47,275 bases of DNA from Actinomycetota bacterium (GTDB lineage Bacteria; Actinomycetota; UBA4738; HRBIN12): positions 1 to 47,275 of the forward strand of contig DATDJD010000375.1 in the NCBI GenBank assembly GCA_036520695.1, written 5' to 3'. The notes under the pieces were generated by a model that ran no database searches, was not told the DNA's origin, and was given only the letters and a program-made list of their open reading frames with translations. Made by a program: the position numbers and the translations under genes. Shown in pieces: positions 39,666 to 47,275 of the stretch (its first letter is position 1; each line of letters begins with the position of its first letter).

Positions 39666-40117
39666 TGCCTACCCTAGCCCGAGCCTGCTCCCAACCCTTC
39701 TGCCCTGGCACTGTTGTAGATCGTGGTCGTTGTGCTGCACATCAACAGTCTCAGGATCAGCGTGGCTATGGGCGTGAGCATCGAGCTGAACGTAGGGCTG
39801 CAATGAGTAAGCCGGTATGCTCCGGGTGTGGGTGTAGGGGGGAGCTTCAGAGAGACCACATCGTGCCTGTTTCGCTAGGTGGTTCGCAAGAGGCATCGAA
39901 CAAGCGCTGGCTGTGTGTGTGCTCTGAGCATCGTTGTCATAGTCGTCTGGGTGCGCGCAGTGATCGCAACTTTGGCAACGAGTCCACCCCCCCCCAAACC
40001 TCCGAGCCCATTCCACGGGCGGCGTCATACGGAGGCGGGTCATCGGCTCCTCCTCAGCGCTCCGTGGAGCCACCCAGCGACCCGAAGGGTGAGAAGCCGG
40101 ACGTGGGGTTCGCCTGA
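39665..40117 (+). CDS. HNH endonuclease (terminase-associated)
   Basis: 150 aa. Has CSGCGC...LQRDHIVPVSLGG...NKRWLCVCSEHRCHSRLG. Visibly lower GC than the flanks. Abuts the small terminase gene. Confidence 0.75.
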   Translation: MPTLARACSQPFCPGTVVDRGRCAAHQQSQDQRGYGREHRAERRAAMSKPVCSGCGCRGELQRDHIVPVSLGGSQEASNKRWLCVCSEHRCHSRLGARSDRNFGNESTPPQTSEPIPRAASYGGGSSAPPQRSVEPPSDPKGEKPDVGFA

Positions 40118-40719
40118 TGCCGAACAAGCCCACAGGGCGAAAGCCTGGTCGACCCGGTGAGCCGGTGGAGTTGCGCGTCCTGAAGGGCAACACCCAGCGC
40201 CGACCTATCAACGCGCCGTTGGACACGCCGAAGCCGGACGGAGTTCCGGATCCGCCACGCCATCTGAAGGCCGCGGGCCGCGCCGCATGGGATCGGTACT
40301 GGCGATATGGCAAGGTCTGGCTGGCGGAGACCGATGTCTCGACCATCACCGAGCTGTGCGAGATCCACGACGAGGTCACGCGGCTGCGGCGGCTGCTGGA
40401 CAAGGAAGGTTGGACGCAGCAGACCGGCACCCTGCCGTTCTTGGAAGCCAAGGCCACCCGCAACCTGCTGATGCAGGTGTTCGAAGGCGACGATGTGAAG
40501 GTCAATCTCGTTCTGTACCAGCTGCGGCAGATCGCGCTGGACGTCGGTGACATCAAGAGCCGTCCGCATCCCGCGTACCAGATGCTGCTTCAGGTGCGAT
40601 CCCGGTTGCTGCCGCTGTGGATCGACGCGCACATGACGCCATCCTCCCGCGGTCGAGCCAACGTGAAGGTGCCGACCACCGATCCGTTGGATGCCTGGGA
40701 GAAGGGCATGGCCAAGTGA
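40117..40719 (+). CDS. terS: terminase small subunit (P27-like)
   Basis: 200 aa. Its position between the HNH and large terminase genes supports the call. The N-terminal basic segment and the PPRHLKAAGRAAWDRYW pattern are typical of P27-family small terminases. Confidence 0.65.
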   Translation: MPNKPTGRKPGRPGEPVELRVLKGNTQRRPINAPLDTPKPDGVPDPPRHLKAAGRAAWDRYWRYGKVWLAETDVSTITELCEIHDEVTRLRRLLDKEGWTQQTGTLPFLEAKATRNLLMQVFEGDDVKVNLVLYQLRQIALDVGDIKSRPHPAYQMLLQVRSRLLPLWIDAHMTPSSRGRANVKVPTTDPLDAWEKGMAK

Positions 40720-42479
40720 CCCTCTCGACCCTGGCCCCGAAGGCACGCCGTAAGATGGAGCCGCCACCTCCAGCCGACCCGATTACGGAGTACGCGCTGG
40801 ACGTCATCGCGGGCCGGATCGTGGCAGGCAAGCTGGTGAAGAAGGCGGCGGAACGGCACCTGTCGGACCTGGCCACCGGAGCCGAACGCGGGTTGCGCTT
40901 CGATGCCGCGGCGGGCATGAAGGCCGTGCAGTTCTTCGCCCTGCTGCGGCACTACAAGGGTGATCTCGGCAAGGCCAACAACGGACTCGGGGAGTTCGTC
41001 AAGCTCGAGTCGTGGCAGGTGTTCATCGTCGGGTCGGCGTTCGGGTGGAAGCGCGCCGATGGACTGCGGCGCTTCCGGCGGATCTACATCGAGGTCGCGA
41101 AGAAGAACGGCAAGACGTTGATGGCCGCGGGCCTGGCGCTGCTCCTCGCGTTCTTCGATGGTGAGCCGGGTGCCGAGGTCTACTCACTCGCGACCAAGGA
41201 GGACCAGGCCAAGCTCTCCTGGAACGACGGTGCGCAGTTCGTCCGCAAGAACGCCTCGCTCCAGAACCGGATCCGGCAGGTGGGCAAGCGGTTGGTCAAT
41301 GTGGACACGGCGTCCTTCTGGACCGTTCTCGGACGTGACAGCGACACCGGGGACCAGGGCATCAACCCGCACGGCGCAGTGATCGACGAGCTGCACGTCA
41401 TCGCCACCCCGGACACCATCGACAACGTCGAGACGGCAACCGCGGCTCGGTCGCAGTGGATGGTCATCAAGATCACCACCGCTGGCGTGAAGGGAATGAC
41501 CGTCTGGGAGAACGAACGTTCGGATGCCGTGGCCGTGGTGGAAGGTCGGGCGACGGACGACTCGATGTTCGTGGCGATCTACACGCTGGACGAAGGCGAC
41601 GACCCGTTCAACGAGGCGGTCTGGCCCAAGGCCAACCCGAACCTCGGCGTGTCGGTGATGGTCGAAGGGTTGCGCGAAGCAGCGGAACTGGCCAAGCGAT
41701 CCCCAGCCAAGATGGCACCGTTCCTGCGCTTCCGCATGAATATTCCGACCAACGTGGCCGAGCGTGCCATCGACATCGACGTCTGGGATCGCTGGATGGA
41801 TGCCGAAGGGGTGTTCCACCCACAGGCCGAGTACCAGCCCGAGCCACCTGCCGGTGCCGGATGCTTCGGCGGGTTGGACCTGGCGTCGGTGCGCGACCTA
41901 ACCGCGCTCATCCTGTGGTTCGCGGCGCACGACGCCGAAGGGTTGGAGATCCCGGGCTACTACGATCTGCTGGCGTGGTTCTGGTGCCCGGAGGAAGGCG
42001 TCCGCGAGCGCTCCCGGAAGGACGGCGTGCCGTATGCGGATTGGGTGCGGGACGGCTACCTGATCGCTACCCCGGGCAACGTGACCGACTACAACTTCAT
42101 CCAAGCCAAGATCATCGAACTGGCCGAGCTGTATAACATCGGGGAGATCGGCTATGACAAGTGGAACGCGACCCAGCTGGCTGTCAACCTTCAGGCCGAT
42201 GGCGCAGCCATGGTTGCGGTCCCGCAGACCTATGCTGGGTTGGGTCCGGCCTGGCGCGAGTTGGACAAGCTCCTCATCCAAGGCCGCGTTCGCCACGGCG
42301 GGCACCCGATCCTGCGCTGGATGGCCGGTAACGTACAGGTGGAGACAGACCCGTCCGGCAACCAGCGGCCGAGCAAGGCGCATAGTGCGGAGCGCATCGA
42401 CGGTATGGTAGCGACAGATATGGCGCTCGGGCGTTGGGTGGCCAACGGTGGGGCACCGGGGATCTGGACGGCAGCATGA
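40716..42479 (+). CDS. terL: terminase large subunit
   Basis: GTGA overlap start (alternative ATG at 40755); 587 aa. Walker A-like VAKKNGKT, Walker B AVIDELH, and a C-terminal nuclease-like half. Confidence 0.85.
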   Translation: MTLSTLAPKARRKMEPPPPADPITEYALDVIAGRIVAGKLVKKAAERHLSDLATGAERGLRFDAAAGMKAVQFFALLRHYKGDLGKANNGLGEFVKLESWQVFIVGSAFGWKRADGLRRFRRIYIEVAKKNGKTLMAAGLALLLAFFDGEPGAEVYSLATKEDQAKLSWNDGAQFVRKNASLQNRIRQVGKRLVNVDTASFWTVLGRDSDTGDQGINPHGAVIDELHVIATPDTIDNVETATAARSQWMVIKITTAGVKGMTVWENERSDAVAVVEGRATDDSMFVAIYTLDEGDDPFNEAVWPKANPNLGVSVMVEGLREAAELAKRSPAKMAPFLRFRMNIPTNVAERAIDIDVWDRWMDAEGVFHPQAEYQPEPPAGAGCFGGLDLASVRDLTALILWFAAHDAEGLEIPGYYDLLAWFWCPEEGVRERSRKDGVPYADWVRDGYLIATPGNVTDYNFIQAKIIELAELYNIGEIGYDKWNATQLAVNLQADGAAMVAVPQTYAGLGPAWRELDKLLIQGRVRHGGHPILRWMAGNVQVETDPSGNQRPSKAHSAERIDGMVATDMALGRWVANGGAPGIWTAA

Positions 42480-42556
42480 GCGGTAGTGCGTTGTTGGGGT
42501 TGGCATTCTTGGCCCTGGCGTTCGTCTTGGGAGTACTGGTCGGAGGGTGCTTGTGA
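42476..42556 (+). CDS. possible 26-aa hydrophobic peptide
   Basis: ATGA and GTGA couplings at both ends, but it uses several TTG Leu codons that are atypical for this genome. Confidence 0.25.
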   Translation: MSGSALLGLAFLALAFVLGVLVGGCL

Positions 42557-44055
42557 ACGGGATTGTGTCAACTGCGATGCGGCCGTTCGCGGCGGTCGGG
42601 TCGGTGTTCAGTACCACGGGTGCGACGGTGGCGTTGGGTAGTCGGATGCTGTTCGCCCGAGCACGCGGTTGGGGTGTGTACCTGTCTCGGACGCGGATCG
42701 ACTACCGTAACGAGATCGGTGACCCGTCCACCAACTCCATCATCGGAGCGGTGGTCGGCTGGATCGCGCGCAACTTCCCGGAGGCTCCGGTGCGGATCGT
42801 CTTGGAGAGCGACCCGGAACGCAAGCCGATCGTGCGCTCCCTGAACGGTCCGGGTGCGATGCTGCGGCTTCTGGAGCGACCGAACCCGTACTACTCTGGC
42901 GTGCTCCAGTGGAACGCCACGATCGTGGACTACATGTTGGGCAACGCCTACTGGATCAAGCAGCGCGCGTCGGCCAGTAACCGGCGCGTCATCGCGCTGT
43001 GGTGGGTGCCGGATGCACTGATGGAGCCGAAATGGCCGGACAACGATCCGTCGGTGTTCATCAGCCACTACGAGTACATGGTCGACGGGGTGCCGATCAT
43101 CGTTCCGGTCGATGACGTCGTCCACTTCCGGAATGGCATCGACCCGGCCAATCCGCGCAAGGGTCTGTCGCGGCTGGGTTCCCTGTTCCGGGAGATCTTC
43201 ACCGACGACGAGTCGGCTAACTTCACCGCATCACTGCTCCGGAACCTCGGCGTCCCGGGTGTCATCCTGGCACCTTCGAACACCGCACCCGGTGGGAAGG
43301 TCGATGCGGACACCATCAAGTCCAAGTACAACGAGGCGTTCGGCGGGGACAACCGTGGAGCCGTGATGGTGATGACCGGGCCGACCGAAGCCAAGGTGCT
43401 CTCCTGGTCGCCCGAGCAGATGAACCTGAAGGAACTGCGCCGGATCCCGGAGGAACGTGTCAGCGCAGTCCTGGGAGTCCCTGCGGGTGTCGCAGGCCTG
43501 GGTGCAGGGCTGGACCGCAACACCTTCTCGAACTACGGCGAGGCCAACAAGGCGGCCATCAACCAGGGGGTCGTGCCGCTGCACCGGCTGATCGCGGCCG
43601 AGCTGGAGGTCCAGCTGCTGCCCGAGTTCGCTGACACCGAGTCTACTCCGTACGACGTGTTCTTCGACATCACGGTCATCGCCGCGATGCAGGAAGCGCT
43701 GGACGCGATCTGGAAGCGCAACCAGGAAGCCGCTACGAAGGGTCTTGTCACCCGGGCGGACTTCAAGCGCGCGGTCGGTCTGAAGGTCGCGGCGGACGGA
43801 TCGGATGACGTCTACATCCTGCCCAACAACTTCGTGACCGTGCCACTTGACGAGGCGGGGGAACCAACCCCCCGTCTCACCGTCGTCCCCGCGCCCGGGC
43901 CTGGTGCGCCGGATGGCGGTGAGGCAGATGAGCCAGCTGCGGCAGCGGAGATCCGGTGCGCCAACGCGGACTGCGGCAAGCTGCTCGCCGAGGAAGCGAC
44001 GGCACCGTATCGCTTCACCTGCCCGCGCTGCAAGACGGTCAACGCAGCGGCGTGA
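42547..44055 (+). CDS. portal protein (HK97-like) with C-terminal zinc ribbon
   Basis: 502 aa (GTG 42547 or 42553). Follows the large terminase. The C-terminus is CANADCGKLL...FTCPRCKTVN. Confidence 0.8.
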   Translation: MLVNGIVSTAMRPFAAVGSVFSTTGATVALGSRMLFARARGWGVYLSRTRIDYRNEIGDPSTNSIIGAVVGWIARNFPEAPVRIVLESDPERKPIVRSLNGPGAMLRLLERPNPYYSGVLQWNATIVDYMLGNAYWIKQRASASNRRVIALWWVPDALMEPKWPDNDPSVFISHYEYMVDGVPIIVPVDDVVHFRNGIDPANPRKGLSRLGSLFREIFTDDESANFTASLLRNLGVPGVILAPSNTAPGGKVDADTIKSKYNEAFGGDNRGAVMVMTGPTEAKVLSWSPEQMNLKELRRIPEERVSAVLGVPAGVAGLGAGLDRNTFSNYGEANKAAINQGVVPLHRLIAAELEVQLLPEFADTESTPYDVFFDITVIAAMQEALDAIWKRNQEAATKGLVTRADFKRAVGLKVAADGSDDVYILPNNFVTVPLDEAGEPTPRLTVVPAPGPGAPDGGEADEPAAAAEIRCANADCGKLLAEEATAPYRFTCPRCKTVNAAA

Positions 44056-44240
44056 CCATCACCCTCCTGCGGGATGGCGTCCGCCACCGGATCCGTAGCC
44101 GCGAAGATGACCCTCGGGTCGCATGGACGGAGTGCGGCCTGCGAGTAGCATTCGTTGCGCCGTGTGATCCGACGAGCGCGTATCAGCGGCGGGTGCGCCA
44201 CGACTGCGGGCCGGGTAAGTCGTGCGAGGCCTGCGGATAG
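44052..44240 (+). CDS. hypothetical small Cys-containing protein
   Basis: GTGA overlap start; 62 aa. Confidence 0.45.
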   Translation: MTITLLRDGVRHRIRSREDDPRVAWTECGLRVAFVAPCDPTSAYQRRVRHDCGPGKSCEACG

Positions 44241-44272
44241 GGGTTTACATTCACCGATTGTTCCGGTAACGT
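44240..44272 (+). promoter_or_regulatory. promoter-like motif P6 (GGGGTTTACA, 17 nt, TAACGT)
   Basis: The -35 is at 44244-44249 and the -10 is at 44267-44272. It lies between the portal block and the protease gene. Confidence 0.5.
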
Positions 44273-44384
44273 TCCGGCAAACGGGCCAGTCTCCTCTGAG
44301 CCGAGCCTGAATACGAACAGATAATCGCAGTGGCCTCCGTGCCTGGCGTGCTATGTCGCACCCCTGGGAACGGAGGCTTCTACT

Positions 44385-45602
44385 TTGGGCGGAGATAATC
44401 ACTACCCCCAGATCGTCCGGGCGATCCTGGCACGGCCATGGGCCATCGACCCCGACTCTCTGGCGTGGGCGTCCATCATGGAAGTCCTCGCGCTGCGCTC
44501 CGTTGGCCAGCTGTTCAGTGATGAGCAGATCGCGGCCCGGATTGCAGCAGCCAACAACGGACCCCGGGCAGGCGGTAGCCGCCAGCGCAACGTAGCGGTC
44601 ATCCCGATCTACGGCGTCATCTCCCCGCGGCAGTCGATGATGGCTGCTACCAGTGGCGGGACCAGCGCAGCTTCGGTCGCGGCGGACTTCCGCGCGGCCA
44701 TGAAGGATCCCGAAGTGGACGGCATCGTGTTCGACGTCGACTCTCCGGGTGGATCGGTCGAAGGCGTCGACGAACTGGCCGCGGAGATCCAAGCTGCGCG
44801 CGGCGTCAAGCCGGTGGCGGCGCACGCCAACCACATGGCAGCTTCCGCAGCCTATTGGGCCATCGCGGGTGCGGATGAGATCGCGGTCTCTCCTTCCGGG
44901 ATGGTCGGGTCTATCGGGATCTTCACCGCGCACGACGACATGACCGAGGCGCAAGCCAAGCTCGGCGTCAAGCGATCGGTCATCAGCGCGGGCAAGTACA
45001 AGGCCGAAGGTGCCCTGGGGCAGCCACTCTCAGAAGAGGCCGTGGCGCACCTCCAGGAACAGGTGGATACGTTCTACGGCATGTTCACCAGCCGCGTCGC
45101 CCGGGGCCGTGGGGTTCCGGTCGAGGCGGTTCGCAACGGGTACGGCCAGGGCCGCGGGGTGCTCGCCAAGCGCGCACTCGAGTTGGGCATGGTCGACCGC
45201 GTTGGTTCTCTCGAAGATACGATCCGTCGCGTAGCTCGCGGTTCCGTCGGCTCATCGCCGAAGGTCGCGCTGGACCGCATGTCGGTCTGGGGCGAGACTG
45301 AAGAGGACGCACGTGTGGCCCTGGGAACGGGGTTGCCATTCGCCGAGCGGCTCGAGCTGGTAACGGCAGAGGCGCAGGCACTTGCGGATCACGCTCGGTC
45401 GCGGGCCGAGCACCGGGCCGAGGATGGGCGACCCCTGTCCGAAGCGACCCGAGCCGGACTGGCGCAGCTTTCAGGATCGCTGGCGGTACTCGCTGCCGAT
45501 CCGGAGCCCGAGCCGGTGCCGGATCCCCCGGAAGCACGTCGGCGGGTCGACCTCGAGTTGCTCGAGGCAGCCTTTGCTGGCGGCTACCGTCTACCCGAAT
45601 AA
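44385..45602 (+). CDS. S49 (ClpP/SppA-like) head maturation protease with C-terminal scaffold-like region
   Basis: TTG start 8 nt after GGAGG; 405 aa. Has VFDVDSPGGSVEG and MAASAAYWIAGADEIAVSPSGMVGSIG, followed by a helical Ala/Glu-rich C-terminus. Confidence 0.8.
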   Translation: MGGDNHYPQIVRAILARPWAIDPDSLAWASIMEVLALRSVGQLFSDEQIAARIAAANNGPRAGGSRQRNVAVIPIYGVISPRQSMMAATSGGTSAASVAADFRAAMKDPEVDGIVFDVDSPGGSVEGVDELAAEIQAARGVKPVAAHANHMAASAAYWAIAGADEIAVSPSGMVGSIGIFTAHDDMTEAQAKLGVKRSVISAGKYKAEGALGQPLSEEAVAHLQEQVDTFYGMFTSRVARGRGVPVEAVRNGYGQGRGVLAKRALELGMVDRVGSLEDTIRRVARGSVGSSPKVALDRMSVWGETEEDARVALGTGLPFAERLELVTAEAQALADHARSRAEHRAEDGRPLSEATRAGLAQLSGSLAVLAADPEPEPVPDPPEARRRVDLELLEAAFAGGYRLPE

Positions 45603-45617
45603 ACCTCAGGAGGAACA

Positions 45618-46940
45618 ATGTCAACCGCTGCATCCAAACGCGAGGAGGCACTCGGCAAGTTGGTCGAGGCCAAGGCGCTCCAGGGTGAGGACGGCACGAT
45701 CAGTGCCGAGAACACCCCAGCGTTCGACGCGATCATGGACGAGTTCCGTGCGCTCGACGCCGAAGCTGGCAAGCTCTCCAAGACCGAAGGCAACGCGGAT
45801 ACCCTGGCCGAACGCTTCGCCGAGTACACCGGCAAGGCCACCGGCACCGCGATGACCTTCCAGCGAACGGTTCTCGATTCTTCGGCCCCCCGGTCGCTGG
45901 GTGAGCAGTTCGTGTCCTCGAAGGCGTACAAGGAACTCCAGGAGTCGGGCGCACTCGCCTCGGAGAACAGCCGGTTCCGTTCGGACCCGGTGATCGCTGA
46001 CTCGCGCATCGCGGGCCGATCGTTCCAAGGCGCGGCGACCGACATTATCCAGACGGAGACGTCGGGTCCCAGCAACGCGCTGGTCCTGCCGCACTACCTG
46101 CCGGGGATCCTCCCGCTGCCGCAGGCACCGCTGACGGTCCGGAGCCTGTTCGCCAACGAGAACATGCCTTCCGGTGACACGATCAGCTACGCTGCGCAGA
46201 CCGGCTTCGACAACGCGGCGGCTGCCGTGGCGCAGGCGGTCGCAGCCGACGGTTCCGGTGCTTCGGGTGGCGTCAAGCCGCAGTCGAGCATCGCTTGGAC
46301 CCGCCGGACGGCACCCGCCGAGACGATCGCCACGTGGATGGCAACCACCCGCCAGTCGCTCTCCGATGCGAGCCAGGCTCGTTCGCTGATCGACAACCAG
46401 GGTCGGCTGATGATCAAGATCGAAGAGGACGATCAGCTCCTCAACGGCAACGGCACCTCGCCGAACATCAGCGGCATCTTGGACCAGGTGGGCATCCAGA
46501 CCCTCGACCTCACGGGCGAGGACAATCTGGACGGCGTCCGCACGGCACGGCGGCTCGTCAAGACCGGCGTCAGCCGTCTCGACCCGACGTTCATCGTCCT
46601 CAATCCGGAGGACTCGGAAGAGTTCGATCTCCTGAAGGACGGGAACGGCCAGTACCGTGGTGGCAACCCGATCGGCAACTTCAACTTCAACCAGCCCATC
46701 TGGGGTCTCCAGCGGGTTGAGTCGGAGTCGTTGGCGCAGGGCACCGCGCTCGTCGGCGCTCGCGCCGGAGCGACGGTGTTCGATCGCCAGCCGCTGACCG
46801 TCCTGACGGCGGATCAGCACGCGGACTTCTTCGTCCGCAACCTGGTCGTGATCCTCTTCGAGGAGCGGCTGGCATTCCCGGTCTACTTCCCGACGGCGTT
46901 CGTTGAGATCACTCTCGGCGACTTCACCGACGGCAGCTAG
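45618..46940 (+). CDS. major capsid protein (HK97 fold) with N-terminal delta domain
   Basis: RBS aggagga; 440 aa. Has a coiled-coil N-terminal ~100 aa, then a typical HK97-family body (LNGNGTSPNISGIL, LDPTFIVLNPED). Confidence 0.85.
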   Translation: MSTAASKREEALGKLVEAKALQGEDGTISAENTPAFDAIMDEFRALDAEAGKLSKTEGNADTLAERFAEYTGKATGTAMTFQRTVLDSSAPRSLGEQFVSSKAYKELQESGALASENSRFRSDPVIADSRIAGRSFQGAATDIIQTETSGPSNALVLPHYLPGILPLPQAPLTVRSLFANENMPSGDTISYAAQTGFDNAAAAVAQAVAADGSGASGGVKPQSSIAWTRRTAPAETIATWMATTRQSLSDASQARSLIDNQGRLMIKIEEDDQLLNGNGTSPNISGILDQVGIQTLDLTGEDNLDGVRTARRLVKTGVSRLDPTFIVLNPEDSEEFDLLKDGNGQYRGGNPIGNFNFNQPIWGLQRVESESLAQGTALVGARAGATVFDRQPLTVLTADQHADFFVRNLVVILFEERLAFPVYFPTAFVEITLGDFTDGS

Positions 46941-46955
46941 GACCCCCAGTGAGTT

Positions 46956-46989
46956 CCGCCCGCTGTCCCGTTTGCGGGGTGGCGGGCGG
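46956..46989 (+). terminator. GC-rich stem-loop downstream of the capsid gene (possible attenuator/terminator)
   Basis: CCGCCCGC (46956-63) pairs with GCGGGCGG (46982-89). An inner CCCG/CGGG stem lies around a tttg loop. The hairpin is followed by tgctt, a weak U tract. Confidence 0.35.
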
Positions 46990-47050
46990 TGCTTGCCTCG
47001 GTCACTTGCCCTTCGAACCATCGAAGGTCATCAATACGGAAGGAGCCGTT

Positions 47051-47194
47051 GTGGCAACCGAGAAGATCTATCTCCCGAAGCAGCGCGTCAAGCGCGGCGT
47101 GGCGGGCTATCGCGGCAAGGACATCGTCGTGATGGACGCCAGGAACAAGGCGGAGGCCGCGCCCGAGAAGAAGGCCAAGAAGGCCAAGGACTGA
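47051..47194 (+). CDS. small Lys-rich protein
   Basis: GTG start after ggaaggag; 47 aa. Ends in AAPEKKAKKAKD. Its 3' end is duplicated at 1-60. Confidence 0.5.
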   Translation: MATEKIYLPKQRVKRGVAGYRGKDIVVMDARNKAEAAPEKKAKKAKD

Positions 47195-47275
47195 GGTTGT
47201 GCTGACCGTCGCGGACTTCCGGCTATTCGCCTCGACCCCGATGGGGGACGCGGCTATCCAGAAGCTGCTCGACGA
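47135..47275. repeat. Terminal overlap, copy 2, identical to 1-141
   Basis: See copy 1. Confidence 0.95.

Noticed and set aside
44273-44384. The 112-nt leader between P6 and the protease start, checked for a tRNA or small RNA gene.
   Set aside because: I could find no cloverleaf-compatible arms or strong hairpin by eye, so I leave it as a 5' UTR.

Overview
The window is a complete, circularly closed genome. Bases 1-141 are identical to 47135-47275, so the unique length is 47134 bp. It is a high-GC, siphovirus-type actinobacteriophage-like element. Every credible gene (about 85 CDS) lies on the + strand. The long minus-strand ORFs look like GC-rich antisense shadows. I saw no tRNA, CRISPR array, integrase, repressor, DNA polymerase, primase or helicase.

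Gene order, read across the circular junction:
- 39.7-47.2 kb: HNH endonuclease, small and large terminase, portal, S49 protease, HK97-type capsid protein.
- 0.06-5.4 kb: head-tail connector genes, interrupted at 1.0-4.5 kb by a glycosyltransferase/methyltransferase cassette.
- 5.8-16.4 kb: major tail protein, a chaperone pair with a putative -1 frameshift, the tape measure, and about seven minor tail/fibre genes. One of these is a 513-aa Gly/Ser decapeptide-repeat protein.
- 16.5-20.8 kb: many small genes, often Cys4 zinc-ribbon proteins.
- 20.8-23.3 kb: YqaJ-type exonuclease and RecT.
- 24.1-25.8 kb: HNH, Dam methylase and a gene carrying a low-GC iteron patch.
- 26.0-30.9 kb: an operon with a ParB-like protein, an all-alpha protein, a Cys-phosphatase, a P-loop kinase, a TET/JBP-like 2OG-Fe(II) dioxygenase and a NUMOD3-HNH endonuclease. 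This is a candidate DNA base hypermodification system and is my top finding.
- 32.3-34.0 kb: an array of five mosaic small genes sharing start-associated junction repeats.
- 34.0-35.3 kb: a VRR-NUC nuclease, a 190-aa hypothetical protein and a secreted double-psi beta-barrel protein.
- 35.9-39.7 kb: a large lysis cassette.

Six copies of a promoter-like motif (GGGGTTTACA, 17 nt, then a -10 hexamer) sit in the only sizeable intergenic gaps. They appear to divide the circle into six co-directional transcription units.

All functional calls rest on reading the translations by eye and on gene order. No database search was run.
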